Positions 35,124-42,864 of a stretch of 49,820 bases of DNA are shown piece after piece; position 1 is the first letter of the stretch; every line of letters begins with the position of its first letter. Source of the stretch: a virus; the IMG/VR virus record IMGVR_UViG_3300045988_111757, positions 1 through 49,820 of that record. One strand, written 5' to 3'. The notes beneath the pieces were generated by a model. It worked only from the letters and a program-made list of their open reading frames with translations. It had not been told where the DNA came from and searched no databases. The translations under genes were made by a program, and so were the position numbers.

Positions 35124-35152
35124 ATTGTACTACTTTTGTAGTATTATTTCAA
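35124..35152 (-). promoter_or_regulatory. Early promoter TTGAAA-17-TACAAT with palindrome TACTAC-N4-GTAGTA in the spacer
   Basis: Minus strand: -35 at 35152-35147, -10 at 35129-35124, palindrome at 35128-35143. Confidence 0.55.
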
Positions 35153-35236
35153 TTCGCAAAATATACAAACATTTACATCTTGTTTTGTGTAATTTACACA
35201 AAATGCACAAATGTAAACAAAATGACACATCAAAGG

Positions 35237-35261
35237 CAAAAAAACAAAGGGCGGTTGCCCT
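35237..35261 (-). terminator. Terminator after the 69-aa gene
   Basis: Stem AGGGC/GCCCT (35248-35261) overlaps the stop codon and is followed on the minus strand by TTGTTTTTTT. Confidence 0.5.
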
Positions 35262-35469
35262 AAATTATTTCAAAAATCTTATTTATGTATCTTTCAAACT
35301 CTAAATATGTAATTAGTCCAAATTCTACGGCTATTTCTACTGCTCCGAGTGCTTGAAATGCTAACGCCTTTTTATGCTCTTTATTCCTTGCATTTTTCGC
35401 TATTTCAATATCAAACGACAATCTATCTTGTATGGTGTTTCCTCTGCTGTTAATCAAAATTTGCGACAC
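35260..35469 (-). CDS. Hypothetical 69-aa protein, first leftward gene of the switch region
   Basis: GTG start only. It is flanked by its own promoter (35509..35537) and terminator. Confidence 0.45.
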   Translation of the reverse strand: MSQILINSRGNTIQDRLSFDIEIAKNARNKEHKKALAFQALGAVEIAVEFGLITYLEFERYINKIFEII

Positions 35470-35470
35470 C

Positions 35471-35512
35471 TCGTTATCATTACAATAATATTGCTAACTT
35501 TCGTTATCATTA
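35471..35512. promoter_or_regulatory. Two 12-bp direct repeats TCGTTATCATTA (candidate operators)
   Basis: Exact copies at 35471-35482 and 35501-35512. The second overlaps the -10 of the leftward promoter and the first abuts the start codon. Confidence 0.45.
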
Positions 35513-35537
35513 TACTACTATAATTATTTTTAATCAA
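35509..35537 (-). promoter_or_regulatory. Leftward promoter TTGATT-17-TATAAT (GTAG upstream of the -10)
   Basis: Minus strand: -35 at 35537-35532, -10 at 35514-35509. Confidence 0.5.
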
Positions 35538-35590
35538 TCGGCAATTTTCACAAAATATAATCACAATGTTACATATATGTTTCATAATTC

Positions 35591-35619
35591 TACACAATGT
35601 AAACAAAGTGTGCTAAAAT
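35591..35619 (+). promoter_or_regulatory. Candidate rightward promoter for the repressor gene (TACACA-17-TGcTAAAAT)
   Basis: Extended -10 TGCTAAAAT at 35611-35619. The spacer carries ATGTAAACAAA, also present at 35211-35221. Confidence 0.35.
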
Positions 35620-35659
35620 GGTGCTATCGCTAAATATTTAATAAGAGGTGGAAAAAATA

Positions 35660-35980
35660 GTGTGTACTATCGGCACGAAACTGAAAACATTAAGGAAAGG
35701 CAGAAAATTAACGCAACAAGAATTGTCCGAGAGAATGGGGTTAAGCCGTGCCACAATTTCAAATTATGAAGTCGGACGCAGAACGCCACATTTATCAGAT
35801 TTACGCCGATTTGCTGAATTTTACGGCGTTAGCCTTGATTACTTCGGCGTTACAACAACAGATGAAAGTTTTGAGTTGTTGAGCCGTGCTAAAAGCATAT
35901 TCCTTAATGAAACTATCCCGAAAGAAGAAAGGGAATATTTATATAAAGAAATAATGAAAATGTATTTGAATATCAAATAA
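35660..35980 (+). CDS. CI-like XRE-family repressor
   Basis: RKLTQQELSERMGLSRATISNYEVGRRTP is an HTH_3 motif. GTG 35660 lies 8 nt after AAGAGGTGG (the track start at 35648 overlaps that RBS). The gene has its own terminator. Confidence 0.75.
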   Translation: MCTIGTKLKTLRKGRKLTQQELSERMGLSRATISNYEVGRRTPHLSDLRRFAEFYGVSLDYFGVTTTDESFELLSRAKSIFLNETIPKEEREYLYKEIMKMYLNIK

Positions 35981-35984
35981 ATTC

Positions 35985-36016
35985 AAAGAATACAATTTTT
36001 TGTATTCTTTTTTTAT
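35985..36016 (+). terminator. Intrinsic terminator after the repressor gene
   Basis: AAAGAATACAA (35985-35995) pairs with TTGTATTCTTT (36000-36010), followed by TTTTAT. Confidence 0.7.
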
Positions 36017-36139
36017 TTACAAAATTATATTAACATAGGGAATTTATCGGCACAACTACTTTTTAGATACTTTGAGCGTAAAATTTTTACTTTTAGGATA
36101 CAATAATGCTATGCTATTCTACAAAGGAGGTGATAAGTA

Positions 36140-36514
36140 TTGACTATAACAGTAGGCGAAAAAATCAAAAAGTACAGGCTTGAAAAAGGAATGACACAAG
36201 AGGAATTAGGAAAGGAGTTAGGCGTTGGAAAGGCGGCTGTGCAGAAATACGAAAGCAATCAAGTACAAAACTTAAAGTCCGCACATATCAAAAAACTATG
36301 CTGTCTGTTTAACAAAGTTCCGTGGGATTTTATTTTTGACGGTCACACTAAATACGCCGAATACAATGTATCGCAAGTTACGGCTTTAAGAAAGGCGTTT
36401 GGTGAAGAAGCGGCAAATATACTACTGCCGTTAGCAAAGTTAAATGATACAGGGTTGGCAAAAGTCCGTAATTACATTTCCGATATGCTAAAAATAGAGG
36501 AATATCGCAAATAG
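36140..36514 (+). CDS. Second XRE-family HTH regulator
   Basis: Contains KGMTQEELGKELGVGKAAVQKYESNQ. TTG start 7 nt after AAAGGAGGTG. Co-oriented with the integrase. Confidence 0.7.
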   Translation: MTITVGEKIKKYRLEKGMTQEELGKELGVGKAAVQKYESNQVQNLKSAHIKKLCCLFNKVPWDFIFDGHTKYAEYNVSQVTALRKAFGEEAANILLPLAKLNDTGLAKVRNYISDMLKIEEYRK

Positions 36515-36526
36515 GGGGAGCATTAC

Positions 36527-38104
36527 TTGAAATCGAAAAACAAACCGTATGTGCGGAAAGCTGTTGCTTATGCTCGGTTTTCATCAAACAATCAGCGTGA
36601 GGAAAGTATTGACGCACAATTAAGAGCAATTAAAGATTATTGCGAAAACAACGATATTAAACTTGTTGCAATTTATACAGATGAAGCACAATCAGCGACA
36701 ACGGATAATCGTGACGATTTCCGCACAATGATTGATGATATTCTAAAAGGTAAACACGATATTGACGGTGTTTTAGTCCATAAGTTTAACCGTTTTGCTC
36801 GTAATAAATATGATAGTGCGTTGTATAAAAAGCGTTTAAGAGATATAGGGATAAAGGTTGTTTCTGTTACTCAACCGATAGACGATAGTCCCGAGGGGCG
36901 TATTCTCGAAAGCCTTATTGAAGCAATGGACGAATACTATTCGGAAAACCTTGCTTTAGAGGTCAAAAAGGGAATGTTAGAAAACGCCTTGAAAGGTAAA
37001 CATACAGGTGGCGGCAAACTGCTCGGACTGTCCGTTGATGATGAGGGTTATTATTATCCTGACGAAAACGCACCGATTATTTATCGTATATTCAAGGAAT
37101 ATGCGGACGGCGTTCCCAAAACGCAAATTGTTGAACGCTTAAACCGTGAGGGTTACCGCAACCAATACGGCAGGAAGTTCAACACTCGCACCATTACCGA
37201 TTTATTGCAAAATGAAAAGTATATAGGTAATTTCATTTATAATCATACTCAATCGCAAGTTATCCGTTTAGAGGGTATAATCAAAAATCCAATAGTTGAT
37301 GAGGATTTATGGGAACGAGTGCAAAAATTGCGGAAAGACGCAAACAAACCAAAACACCGAAAACGAAAATATCTAATGACAGGTAAATTGCGTTGCGGTG
37401 TTTGTGGCTTTACTTATTGCGGAAGCGGTGCTAAAAAGAGAAACAAAAACGGTGATATGTCTGCTTATTATAAATGTCAAGGCAAAATTAAAAACAAGAA
37501 CGGTTGTACTAACCCGTCCTTGAACAAAGATTATTATGAAAAGCTTGTTATTGATACTATAACAAAAAGCGTCCTGACAGACAATGCCATTGATGAAATA
37601 GCGGTTAGTGTGACAACTCAACTTGAAAAAGAAAGAAAAAAGCCGGTAATTCCAACGGCAAAATTAAGAAATCAACTCGACAAAGTGAAAGATAAACAAG
37701 CAAGGCTAATGGAGTTATACCTTGACGGCGGTATGGAAAGAAAGGTACTTGACGAAAAGAACAACGCATTAAAAGAAGAAAGAAAACACATTGAAGAACA
37801 AATAGAAAGAAATTTATATTTAGAGCAATCAAACATTCTTGATGTTCAAGATATAAAAAATATGATATTAGAGTTCCGTGAGGAATTAAAAAATAACCCT
37901 GACTTTGATTTTGCACAAGTCGTGTTCAACACTTTTGTTGATAGTATCGTTGTTTACCCCGATACCCTTGAAGTTAATTTAAGGGTGGACTTTTCCACCC
38001 TCGGGGGTGATAAGAGGAAAAACAGGGGGGCAAGCCACCCAATAACCCCCCTTTCGATAAACAAATCTGTCAAACGGAAAACGCACCAACAACCAACAAA
38101 TTAA
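36527..38104 (+). CDS. Large serine recombinase (phage integrase)
   Basis: Resolvase catalytic motif AYARFSSNNQREES, then a recombinase domain and a Cys-rich zinc ribbon CGVCGFTYCG...YYKCQG...C. 525 aa. Confidence 0.9.
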   Translation: MKSKNKPYVRKAVAYARFSSNNQREESIDAQLRAIKDYCENNDIKLVAIYTDEAQSATTDNRDDFRTMIDDILKGKHDIDGVLVHKFNRFARNKYDSALYKKRLRDIGIKVVSVTQPIDDSPEGRILESLIEAMDEYYSENLALEVKKGMLENALKGKHTGGGKLLGLSVDDEGYYYPDENAPIIYRIFKEYADGVPKTQIVERLNREGYRNQYGRKFNTRTITDLLQNEKYIGNFIYNHTQSQVIRLEGIIKNPIVDEDLWERVQKLRKDANKPKHRKRKYLMTGKLRCGVCGFTYCGSGAKKRNKNGDMSAYYKCQGKIKNKNGCTNPSLNKDYYEKLVIDTITKSVLTDNAIDEIAVSVTTQLEKERKKPVIPTAKLRNQLDKVKDKQARLMELYLDGGMERKVLDEKNNALKEERKHIEEQIERNLYLEQSNILDVQDIKNMILEFREELKNNPDFDFAQVVFNTFVDSIVVYPDTLEVNLRVDFSTLGGDKRKNRGASHPITPLSINKSVKRKTHQQPTN

Positions 38105-38119
38105 AAGGGATTTGATAAT

Positions 38120-38404
38120 ATGAGTATTGTTATATATGTTCGACAAACTAAGGATATTTCCCTTTACGAACAATTTAATAAATGTGCTGAATTTGCTAAA
38201 CGGTACGGCTATTCTATCGAATATAAAGTTTTAGATTTTGAGGGCAATATATTTTATGAAGCAATAAATAAGGTAATTGTGGAACACGACATTACCGCAT
38301 TGATGATTTACAATAAAAATACTGCCTTTGATAGTGACGACGATTATTTGTTTTATCGGATATACCTTGAAAGGCTCGGTAAAAAACTAATCGCTTGTGA
38401 ATAA
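38120..38404 (+). CDS. Degenerate resolvase-N-terminal-like 94-aa protein (no catalytic Ser)
   Basis: VIYVRQTKD replaces the A-x-Y-x-R-x-S-S motif; the remainder follows a resolvase-like alternating pattern. AAAAGGGA RBS. Confidence 0.5.
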   Translation: MSIVIYVRQTKDISLYEQFNKCAEFAKRYGYSIEYKVLDFEGNIFYEAINKVIVEHDITALMIYNKNTAFDSDDDYLFYRIYLERLGKKLIACE

Positions 38405-38406
38405 TT

Positions 38407-38435
38407 AAGAGGGGCGTTATTGCCCCTCTTTTTTA
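38407..38435 (+). terminator. Terminator closing the lysogeny operon
   Basis: AAGAGGGGC (38407-38415) pairs with GCCCCTCTT (38422-38430), followed by TTTT. Confidence 0.7.
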
Positions 38436-38579
38436 ATAACAATCGTCTTGAAATTCCTCTAATTTTGGTAAAATTTCATTTTTTAATGTTTCAGGTATAT
38501 CGTTCCATTCGTGACTACGAATGAAAGCAATTATGTATTCAATTTCATCAAGAGTAAGTTCTAATGTTTCTTCATTCAT
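38433..38579 (-). CDS. Small 48-aa acidic ORF
   Basis: ATG 38579. Encodes MNEETLELTLDEIEYIIAFIRSHEWNDIPETLKNEILPKLEEFQDDCY. Confidence 0.3.
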   Translation of the reverse strand: MNEETLELTLDEIEYIIAFIRSHEWNDIPETLKNEILPKLEEFQDDCY

Positions 38580-38580
38580 C

Positions 38581-38709
38581 TTAGTACAGTTCCTTTCCGT
38601 GCCAACATCTTAAAATATCTTTTAACTCATTTGACTTAAATTTATACACCCTGCTTTTATATTCAAATAGATTTATTGCACATCTTAATGCTATTTCAAG
38701 CTTTCTCAT
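38581..38709 (-). CDS. Small 42-aa ORF
   Basis: ATG 38709 after AAAGGAA. Encodes MRKLEIALRCAINLFEYKSRVYKFKSNELKDILRCWHGKELY. Confidence 0.3.
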   Translation of the reverse strand: MRKLEIALRCAINLFEYKSRVYKFKSNELKDILRCWHGKELY

Positions 38710-38757
38710 TGCTATTCAATTCCTTTCTTTGAAAACGCTTTCATTTTGTTGTATTAA

Positions 38758-38780
38758 AATAGCCTGAATATCAGGCTATT
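38758..38780 (-). terminator. 10-bp palindromic hairpin after 38790..39044 (weak U-tract)
   Basis: AATAGCCTGA-ATA-TCAGGCTATT. Confidence 0.35.
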
Positions 38781-38789
38781 AAATTGTTG

Positions 38790-39044
38790 CTATGCAGTTG
38801 CGTATCTCGGCACAAAGCAATTTCCGATTTCTTTCTTCTTACGGTCAATGTTATTCTGTATGCCTACAATATCGTGCAGGAAATTAACATCATCAGCGGC
38901 AAGCAACTCATTAAGTCGTAACTTGAATTGTTCGTGTGCCGTTTCAATATCCATAATTAAAGACATTCTATCGTACTGCAACGCTCCGTGTTCTTCTGCC
39001 CTTTTTGCAATATCTACAATCAATAGCATTTCTTCTTTTGTCAT
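38790..39044 (-). CDS. Hypothetical 84-aa protein
   Basis: AAAGGAAGTG RBS. I have seen ...FLHDIVGIQNNIDRKKKEIGNCFVPRYA-type proteins on Firmicutes mobile elements; the function is unknown. Confidence 0.6.
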   Translation of the reverse strand: MTKEEMLLIVDIAKRAEEHGALQYDRMSLIMDIETAHEQFKLRLNELLAADDVNFLHDIVGIQNNIDRKKKEIGNCFVPRYATA

Positions 39045-39057
39045 AATAACACTTCCT

Positions 39058-39285
39058 TTATTTTACTTTGTTGTAACGCTCAATCAGTTCTTTGCTCTCT
39101 AACAAATCGTCAATCTTGCAACCAAGAGCAACGCTCAATTTGCAAAGTTGACTAAGCCTTGCACCGTCAATCGGTCTTGCTTCCTGCTCGTAACACTGAA
39201 TTGTACGCTTTGAGATACCCGACTTTTCTGCTAAATCGTTTTGCGACATTCCTCTTGCTGTTCTAATGTCTTGCAGTTTAGTCAC
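39058..39285 (-). CDS. XRE-family HTH regulator
   Basis: Contains RGMSQNDLAEKSGISKRTIQCYEQEARP. GTG start after GGAGGGG. Confidence 0.7.
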   Translation of the reverse strand: MTKLQDIRTARGMSQNDLAEKSGISKRTIQCYEQEARPIDGARLSQLCKLSVALGCKIDDLLESKELIERYNKVK

Positions 39286-39303
39286 TATTCTACCCCTCCT
39301 TTC

Positions 39304-39726
39304 TCAACTTATCAAAATATAGCCTTTGCTATCAGCCCATTTATAGGCTTCCTTTGTATCATCTTGTAAATAGCCCTCTAATGCAGGCATAAGGTTATCC
39401 CATTCTATCGCCGCCAAATATTCGTCCACATCATCAAACGCCTTTAACAATAGATATGCTCTGTTGTAATCGGGGTCTGTATTTGTGCAAATAGTAGGGT
39501 CAATAACTTTGTCGTGTTCGTCAATGATGAAGCAATGGCGGCAATAAACGCCTGCCATTGTTTCAACATATCCGTATGCTACTTTCCATTCGCCCGAACG
39601 AAATTTACTGTTAAAGTCTGTGACACAATGAAAAACATTGTTATAGCACATCTTAAATTCAATGTACGGCTTGCAATCCTCGTAAACTCGTTTGCTTTGC
39701 TCAATGTTCAATTCGTATCTATCCAT
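39304..39726 (-). CDS. Hypothetical protein with a possible Cys-His-Asp (transglutaminase-like) signature
   Basis: ATG 39726 after AGGTGG. Contains MCYNNVFHC ... YGYVETMAGVYCRHCFIIDEHDKVIDPT. Confidence 0.5.
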   Translation of the reverse strand: MDRYELNIEQSKRVYEDCKPYIEFKMCYNNVFHCVTDFNSKFRSGEWKVAYGYVETMAGVYCRHCFIIDEHDKVIDPTICTNTDPDYNRAYLLLKAFDDVDEYLAAIEWDNLMPALEGYLQDDTKEAYKWADSKGYILIS

Positions 39727-39979
39727 TATTACCACCTGCAAAATCTTTAAGGCGATATGAATAACTGTAACTGTATGAGCCTTGTTCTTTTTCAACAATC
39801 AATCTATCGCCGTACTTCTTAATCAATGCTTCCTCGTATTCCTCTTGCACGATATTGTTTCTTGTGTGACCGATAACATCAATATACATCTCAATAGTAT
39901 CGCCTTGCTTTAATGCTTTACACGCTTTGTCAAATGATACAGGATTGAAGTAATTTCCACCGTTAATTAGCTTTGGCAT
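39719..39979 (-). CDS. Hypothetical 86-aa protein
   Basis: ATG 39979 lies about 10 nt after AAAGGA; ATG 39988 is too close to the SD. Confidence 0.5.
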   Translation of the reverse strand: MPKLINGGNYFNPVSFDKACKALKQGDTIEMYIDVIGHTRNNIVQEEYEEALIKKYGDRLIVEKEQGSYSYSYSYRLKDFAGGNNG

Positions 39980-39992
39980 TATGCTCATTCCT

Positions 39993-40283
39993 TTAATTGA
40001 ATTTGTCCATAATCATCAACATTTGCATATCGTCTAAACTTGCAAAGTCCTCTTTGCCGTCAAATCCCACAAATACCGCTGTTCCTACAATAGTATCGTG
40101 TCCAATGCTGAAATTAGGTTGTAAGCCTTGCAGTTTGCCCTCCTCGTTACAAATCAATAGAACATCATTATCAACCCTTACAACCTCAATGTAGCCGCCG
40201 ACAAGTTCCTGCAACACCGACAATTCGTTTTTGATTTCTCTTACTTCGGGTTGCTTATGCACTTTTTTTACTATTACTCTCAT
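39993..40283 (-). CDS. DUF3846-like protein
   Basis: LQELVGGYIEVVRVDNDVLLICNEEGKLQGLQPN fits the DUF3846 pattern. GGGTGG RBS. Confidence 0.6.
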   Translation of the reverse strand: MRVIVKKVHKQPEVREIKNELSVLQELVGGYIEVVRVDNDVLLICNEEGKLQGLQPNFSIGHDTIVGTAVFVGFDGKEDFASLDDMQMLMIMDKFN

Positions 40284-40305
40284 TTATACCACCCTTTCTA
40301 ATATA

Positions 40306-40334
40306 ACCATACTACAAAAGCGGTACAAACGCAA
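40306..40334 (-). promoter_or_regulatory. Internal promoter TTGCGT-17-TATGGT with TACCGC-N4-GTAGTA in the spacer
   Basis: Minus strand: -35 at 40334-40329, -10 at 40311-40306, operator-like element at 40310-40325. Confidence 0.45.
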
Positions 40335-40338
40335 GAAG

Positions 40339-40941
40339 TTATCTTTTGCTTTTACTTGATACGGTTAATTGAGCAACTAAAAAGGCTGATTTATTTATAT
40401 CTGCATTATCGGTCGTCAATCCTTGCCGTATTATTTCTACATTCTCGGCTCTACTAACTAAGTATAAGTTTTCAATGTTGCAGTTTGTTTTATCACAATC
40501 TAAAAATCTAACACAACAATTTTCAGGAATAGAGCCGTTATGTTCTTCCCAAACTTTTCTATGTTTTAGTTCCCATTTATTCGGCTCGGCTACTTTTATT
40601 TCGATATATCCGTCTTTGGTTATTCGTGTTGAGCCTACGGGTCTATGGTTATGTGGCATAGTACCATTTTTAAATCTTGTTGCTTTAGTTCTTTTTAATG
40701 ACTTTTCACTCATATAGTCAACTTGCTTTTTGCCTTTATTAAACGGTGTGTCTCCTTTTTGAAATTTACAATTTATGCCGTTGCCTATATGATTTCTGCC
40801 ACAATAAGCTCTTACCTGTTTGGTAGTAAAATTAGTATTAAATTTACTATTTATCAGGTCGGTTAAATCCTTAAATGGCGTACCCTTTACATTATCAATC
40901 AGGAATTGCTCATATTCAGGCTTAAACATTTTCTTTCTCAT
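40339..40941 (-). CDS. HNH_3-type homing endonuclease-like protein
   Basis: GYIEIKVAEPNKWELKHRKVWEEHNGSIPENCCVRFLDCDKTNCNIENLYLVSRAEN. AGGAGCAGG RBS. Confidence 0.7.
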   Translation of the reverse strand: MRKKMFKPEYEQFLIDNVKGTPFKDLTDLINSKFNTNFTTKQVRAYCGRNHIGNGINCKFQKGDTPFNKGKKQVDYMSEKSLKRTKATRFKNGTMPHNHRPVGSTRITKDGYIEIKVAEPNKWELKHRKVWEEHNGSIPENCCVRFLDCDKTNCNIENLYLVSRAENVEIIRQGLTTDNADINKSAFLVAQLTVSSKSKR

Positions 40942-41188
40942 TGCCTGCTCCTAAAAACATTTCCGATTTTGTGATAAGTTCCTTGTCGCCATATTCAAGT
41001 GCTGTTTCTAACGCTTTTAATTCTACACTTGCATTTTCAACCATTACTTTACCAAGTTTAGCCATAACCTCGGCTCGTTCTTTTTCTTTTTCAAATTCCT
41101 CACTTGATAAATCAGGGTTGCTGACTGCTTCTAATTGTTGAAACAACATTTCATTTAGTGCCATTAGACTTGTGTTTGGTTTACCCAT
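40922..41188 (-). CDS. Hypothetical 88-aa protein
   Basis: ATG 41188 lies 10 nt after AAGGAGG. Confidence 0.6.
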   Translation of the reverse strand: MGKPNTSLMALNEMLFQQLEAVSNPDLSSEEFEKEKERAEVMAKLGKVMVENASVELKALETALEYGDKELITKSEMFLGAGNEKENV

Positions 41189-41193
41189 TATTG

Positions 41194-41367
41194 TCAATCC
41201 TCCTTAATAAATCCGTCTATCATATCCTTGATTTCTAATAGATATTGTTTGTAATCAATGCCCTCTAATTTGCATACTTCAATATCGCACCTTATATCTT
41301 TGAGTAGCCTTAACTTCATTTGTTCTCTTGCTAATGTGTTCAGGCTTACTCCTGTATTGTCACTCAA
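41194..41367 (-). CDS. Small 57-aa ORF
   Basis: TTG 41367 after GTGGAGTG. Encodes ...[46 protein letters not shown]. Confidence 0.35.
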   Translation of the reverse strand: MSDNTGVSLNTLAREQMKLRLLKDIRCDIEVCKLEGIDYKQYLLEIKDMIDGFIKED

Positions 41368-41830
41368 TTAAATCACTCCACATCTTACTATTTCTTTTGT
41401 TTTTGGCTTGTTCTTCCCAAGTCGCCCAACGGCAGTTAGACGGCTCATAATTTCCGTTTACATCTATACGCTCAATAGTGAGGTTGTCGTCATATCCGTT
41501 TGCTTTCGCCCAAGACCAAAAGGCTGTAAAACTGTTTTTCCATTCGTCGCAGATTGTTATACCTCTGCCGCCGTAATCTATGTACCAATCGCAATACTCG
41601 TTATAACAGCGTCTTTTCATATCAAGCCAAACACGGTATATTCTTGTTTTGCTCATTCCGTGCCTTTCGGTTTTGGTATGACCGCAAGAGGTTATTGTCC
41701 CTCTCAATAAAGACTTATAAGGCACTTCGACTTTTTTGCCACAAGAACATTTGCAAAGGCATTTGTCCTCGTTCTGTTTGATAACAAGCAATTTGCCGAA
41801 TGTTTGCCCTTTTAGATTTTTGAATTTCAT
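41360..41830 (-). CDS. Zinc-ribbon plus AP2/HNH-associated DNA-binding module protein
   Basis: [10 protein letters not shown]...[11 protein letters not shown]...SCGH, then [13 protein letters not shown]...[12 protein letters not shown]...[19 protein letters not shown]. This is a common phage family. Confidence 0.6.
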   Translation of the reverse strand: MKFKNLKGQTFGKLLVIKQNEDKCLCKCSCGKKVEVPYKSLLRGTITSCGHTKTERHGMSKTRIYRVWLDMKRRCYNEYCDWYIDYGGRGITICDEWKNSFTAFWSWAKANGYDDNLTIERIDVNGNYEPSNCRWATWEEQAKNKRNSKMWSDLIE

Positions 41831-41845
41831 TTAGTCACCTGCTAC

Positions 41846-42856
41846 CTAAACAACATACTTTCTATGACTGCTTTTAACATTTTCTTTTTCGCTTCTTGCA
41901 TATATGGTAGTTGTTTTTAAATCTTCGTGTCCTAATAATTGACTGATTTCTTCCAACGGCATACCTCTGTTAAGTGCCGTTGTTGCCATTGTTCTTCTAA
42001 ATCTATGTGGGTGACAATCTTCCACTTGTGCTTGCTTACCTAAATTTCTTATGAGCGTTTCAACTCCGCCTTTATTCAAGCGGTTGTACGGACTTTTTCC
42101 TGTCACGAATAAAGCAGGGTTATTGTCCTTTCTCATATTAAGATATTCGGTTAATGCAAGTTTACACTTTGCATTTAGAAAAACTGTTCTTTCTTTTGAG
42201 CCTTTACCGAAAACAAGACATTCATCATTTGATATGTCTTTTATATTGGTGTTCACTAATTCCGACACTCTTGCACCTGTCGAGTAAAGAAACTCGACTA
42301 TTGCCGTATCTCGTTTCTTTGCAAACTCCGATTTATTATCGTTTGCCGCTCGCCGTATCTTTTCGAGTTCAACCTCACTAAAAGGCTTCTTAATACGCTT
42401 TTCTTTCTTGATTGGCTTAATTCCTATTACAGGGGATTTGTTGATATAGTCCTCTGCTGTTAGCCAATTAAAGAAACTTTTTAACACTCTCAATTCATTA
42501 TCAAGCGATACTTTGGATATTCCCTTATCCATTCTTACCGCAAGATAATATCTTATTGAATTTGCTTCTATTTTTTCAAGCGGAACGGTAACAATGCTGA
42601 AAAACTGTTTTAAGATTGTCGTATAGTATCTTAATGAATTGTCACTCAATCCCTCTATCTTTTTTGCAACGAAAAAGCCTTGTATTGCTTGTTGGTCTTT
42701 GTTTATTTCCGTTGATAGTGAATGTTCTGCTAATGTAACATCATATTGATACAATGCTTTTGCCAATTCGCTCTCTAATTTTTGAAGTTGCTCTATGGTT
42801 AATACGCTTGCCATTTTGTTTGCAATATTTCTAATGATTTCTTCTTTATAGTTCAT
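41846..42856 (-). CDS. XerC/XerD-like tyrosine recombinase
   Basis: The catalytic signature is present: GARVSEL, HPHRFRRTMAT, LGHEDLKTTTIY. ATG 42856 follows AGGTGG. Confidence 0.85.
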   Translation of the reverse strand: MNYKEEIIRNIANKMASVLTIEQLQKLESELAKALYQYDVTLAEHSLSTEINKDQQAIQGFFVAKKIEGLSDNSLRYYTTILKQFFSIVTVPLEKIEANSIRYYLAVRMDKGISKVSLDNELRVLKSFFNWLTAEDYINKSPVIGIKPIKKEKRIKKPFSEVELEKIRRAANDNKSEFAKKRDTAIVEFLYSTGARVSELVNTNIKDISNDECLVFGKGSKERTVFLNAKCKLALTEYLNMRKDNNPALFVTGKSPYNRLNKGGVETLIRNLGKQAQVEDCHPHRFRRTMATTALNRGMPLEEISQLLGHEDLKTTTIYARSEKENVKSSHRKYVV

Positions 42857-42864
42857 AAAACCAC

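Noticed and set aside
37979-38060. The GC-rich patch as a tRNA fragment carried in attP
   Set aside because: There is no GTTCRANYC T-loop, no cloverleaf arms and no CCA-proximal acceptor pairing on either strand.
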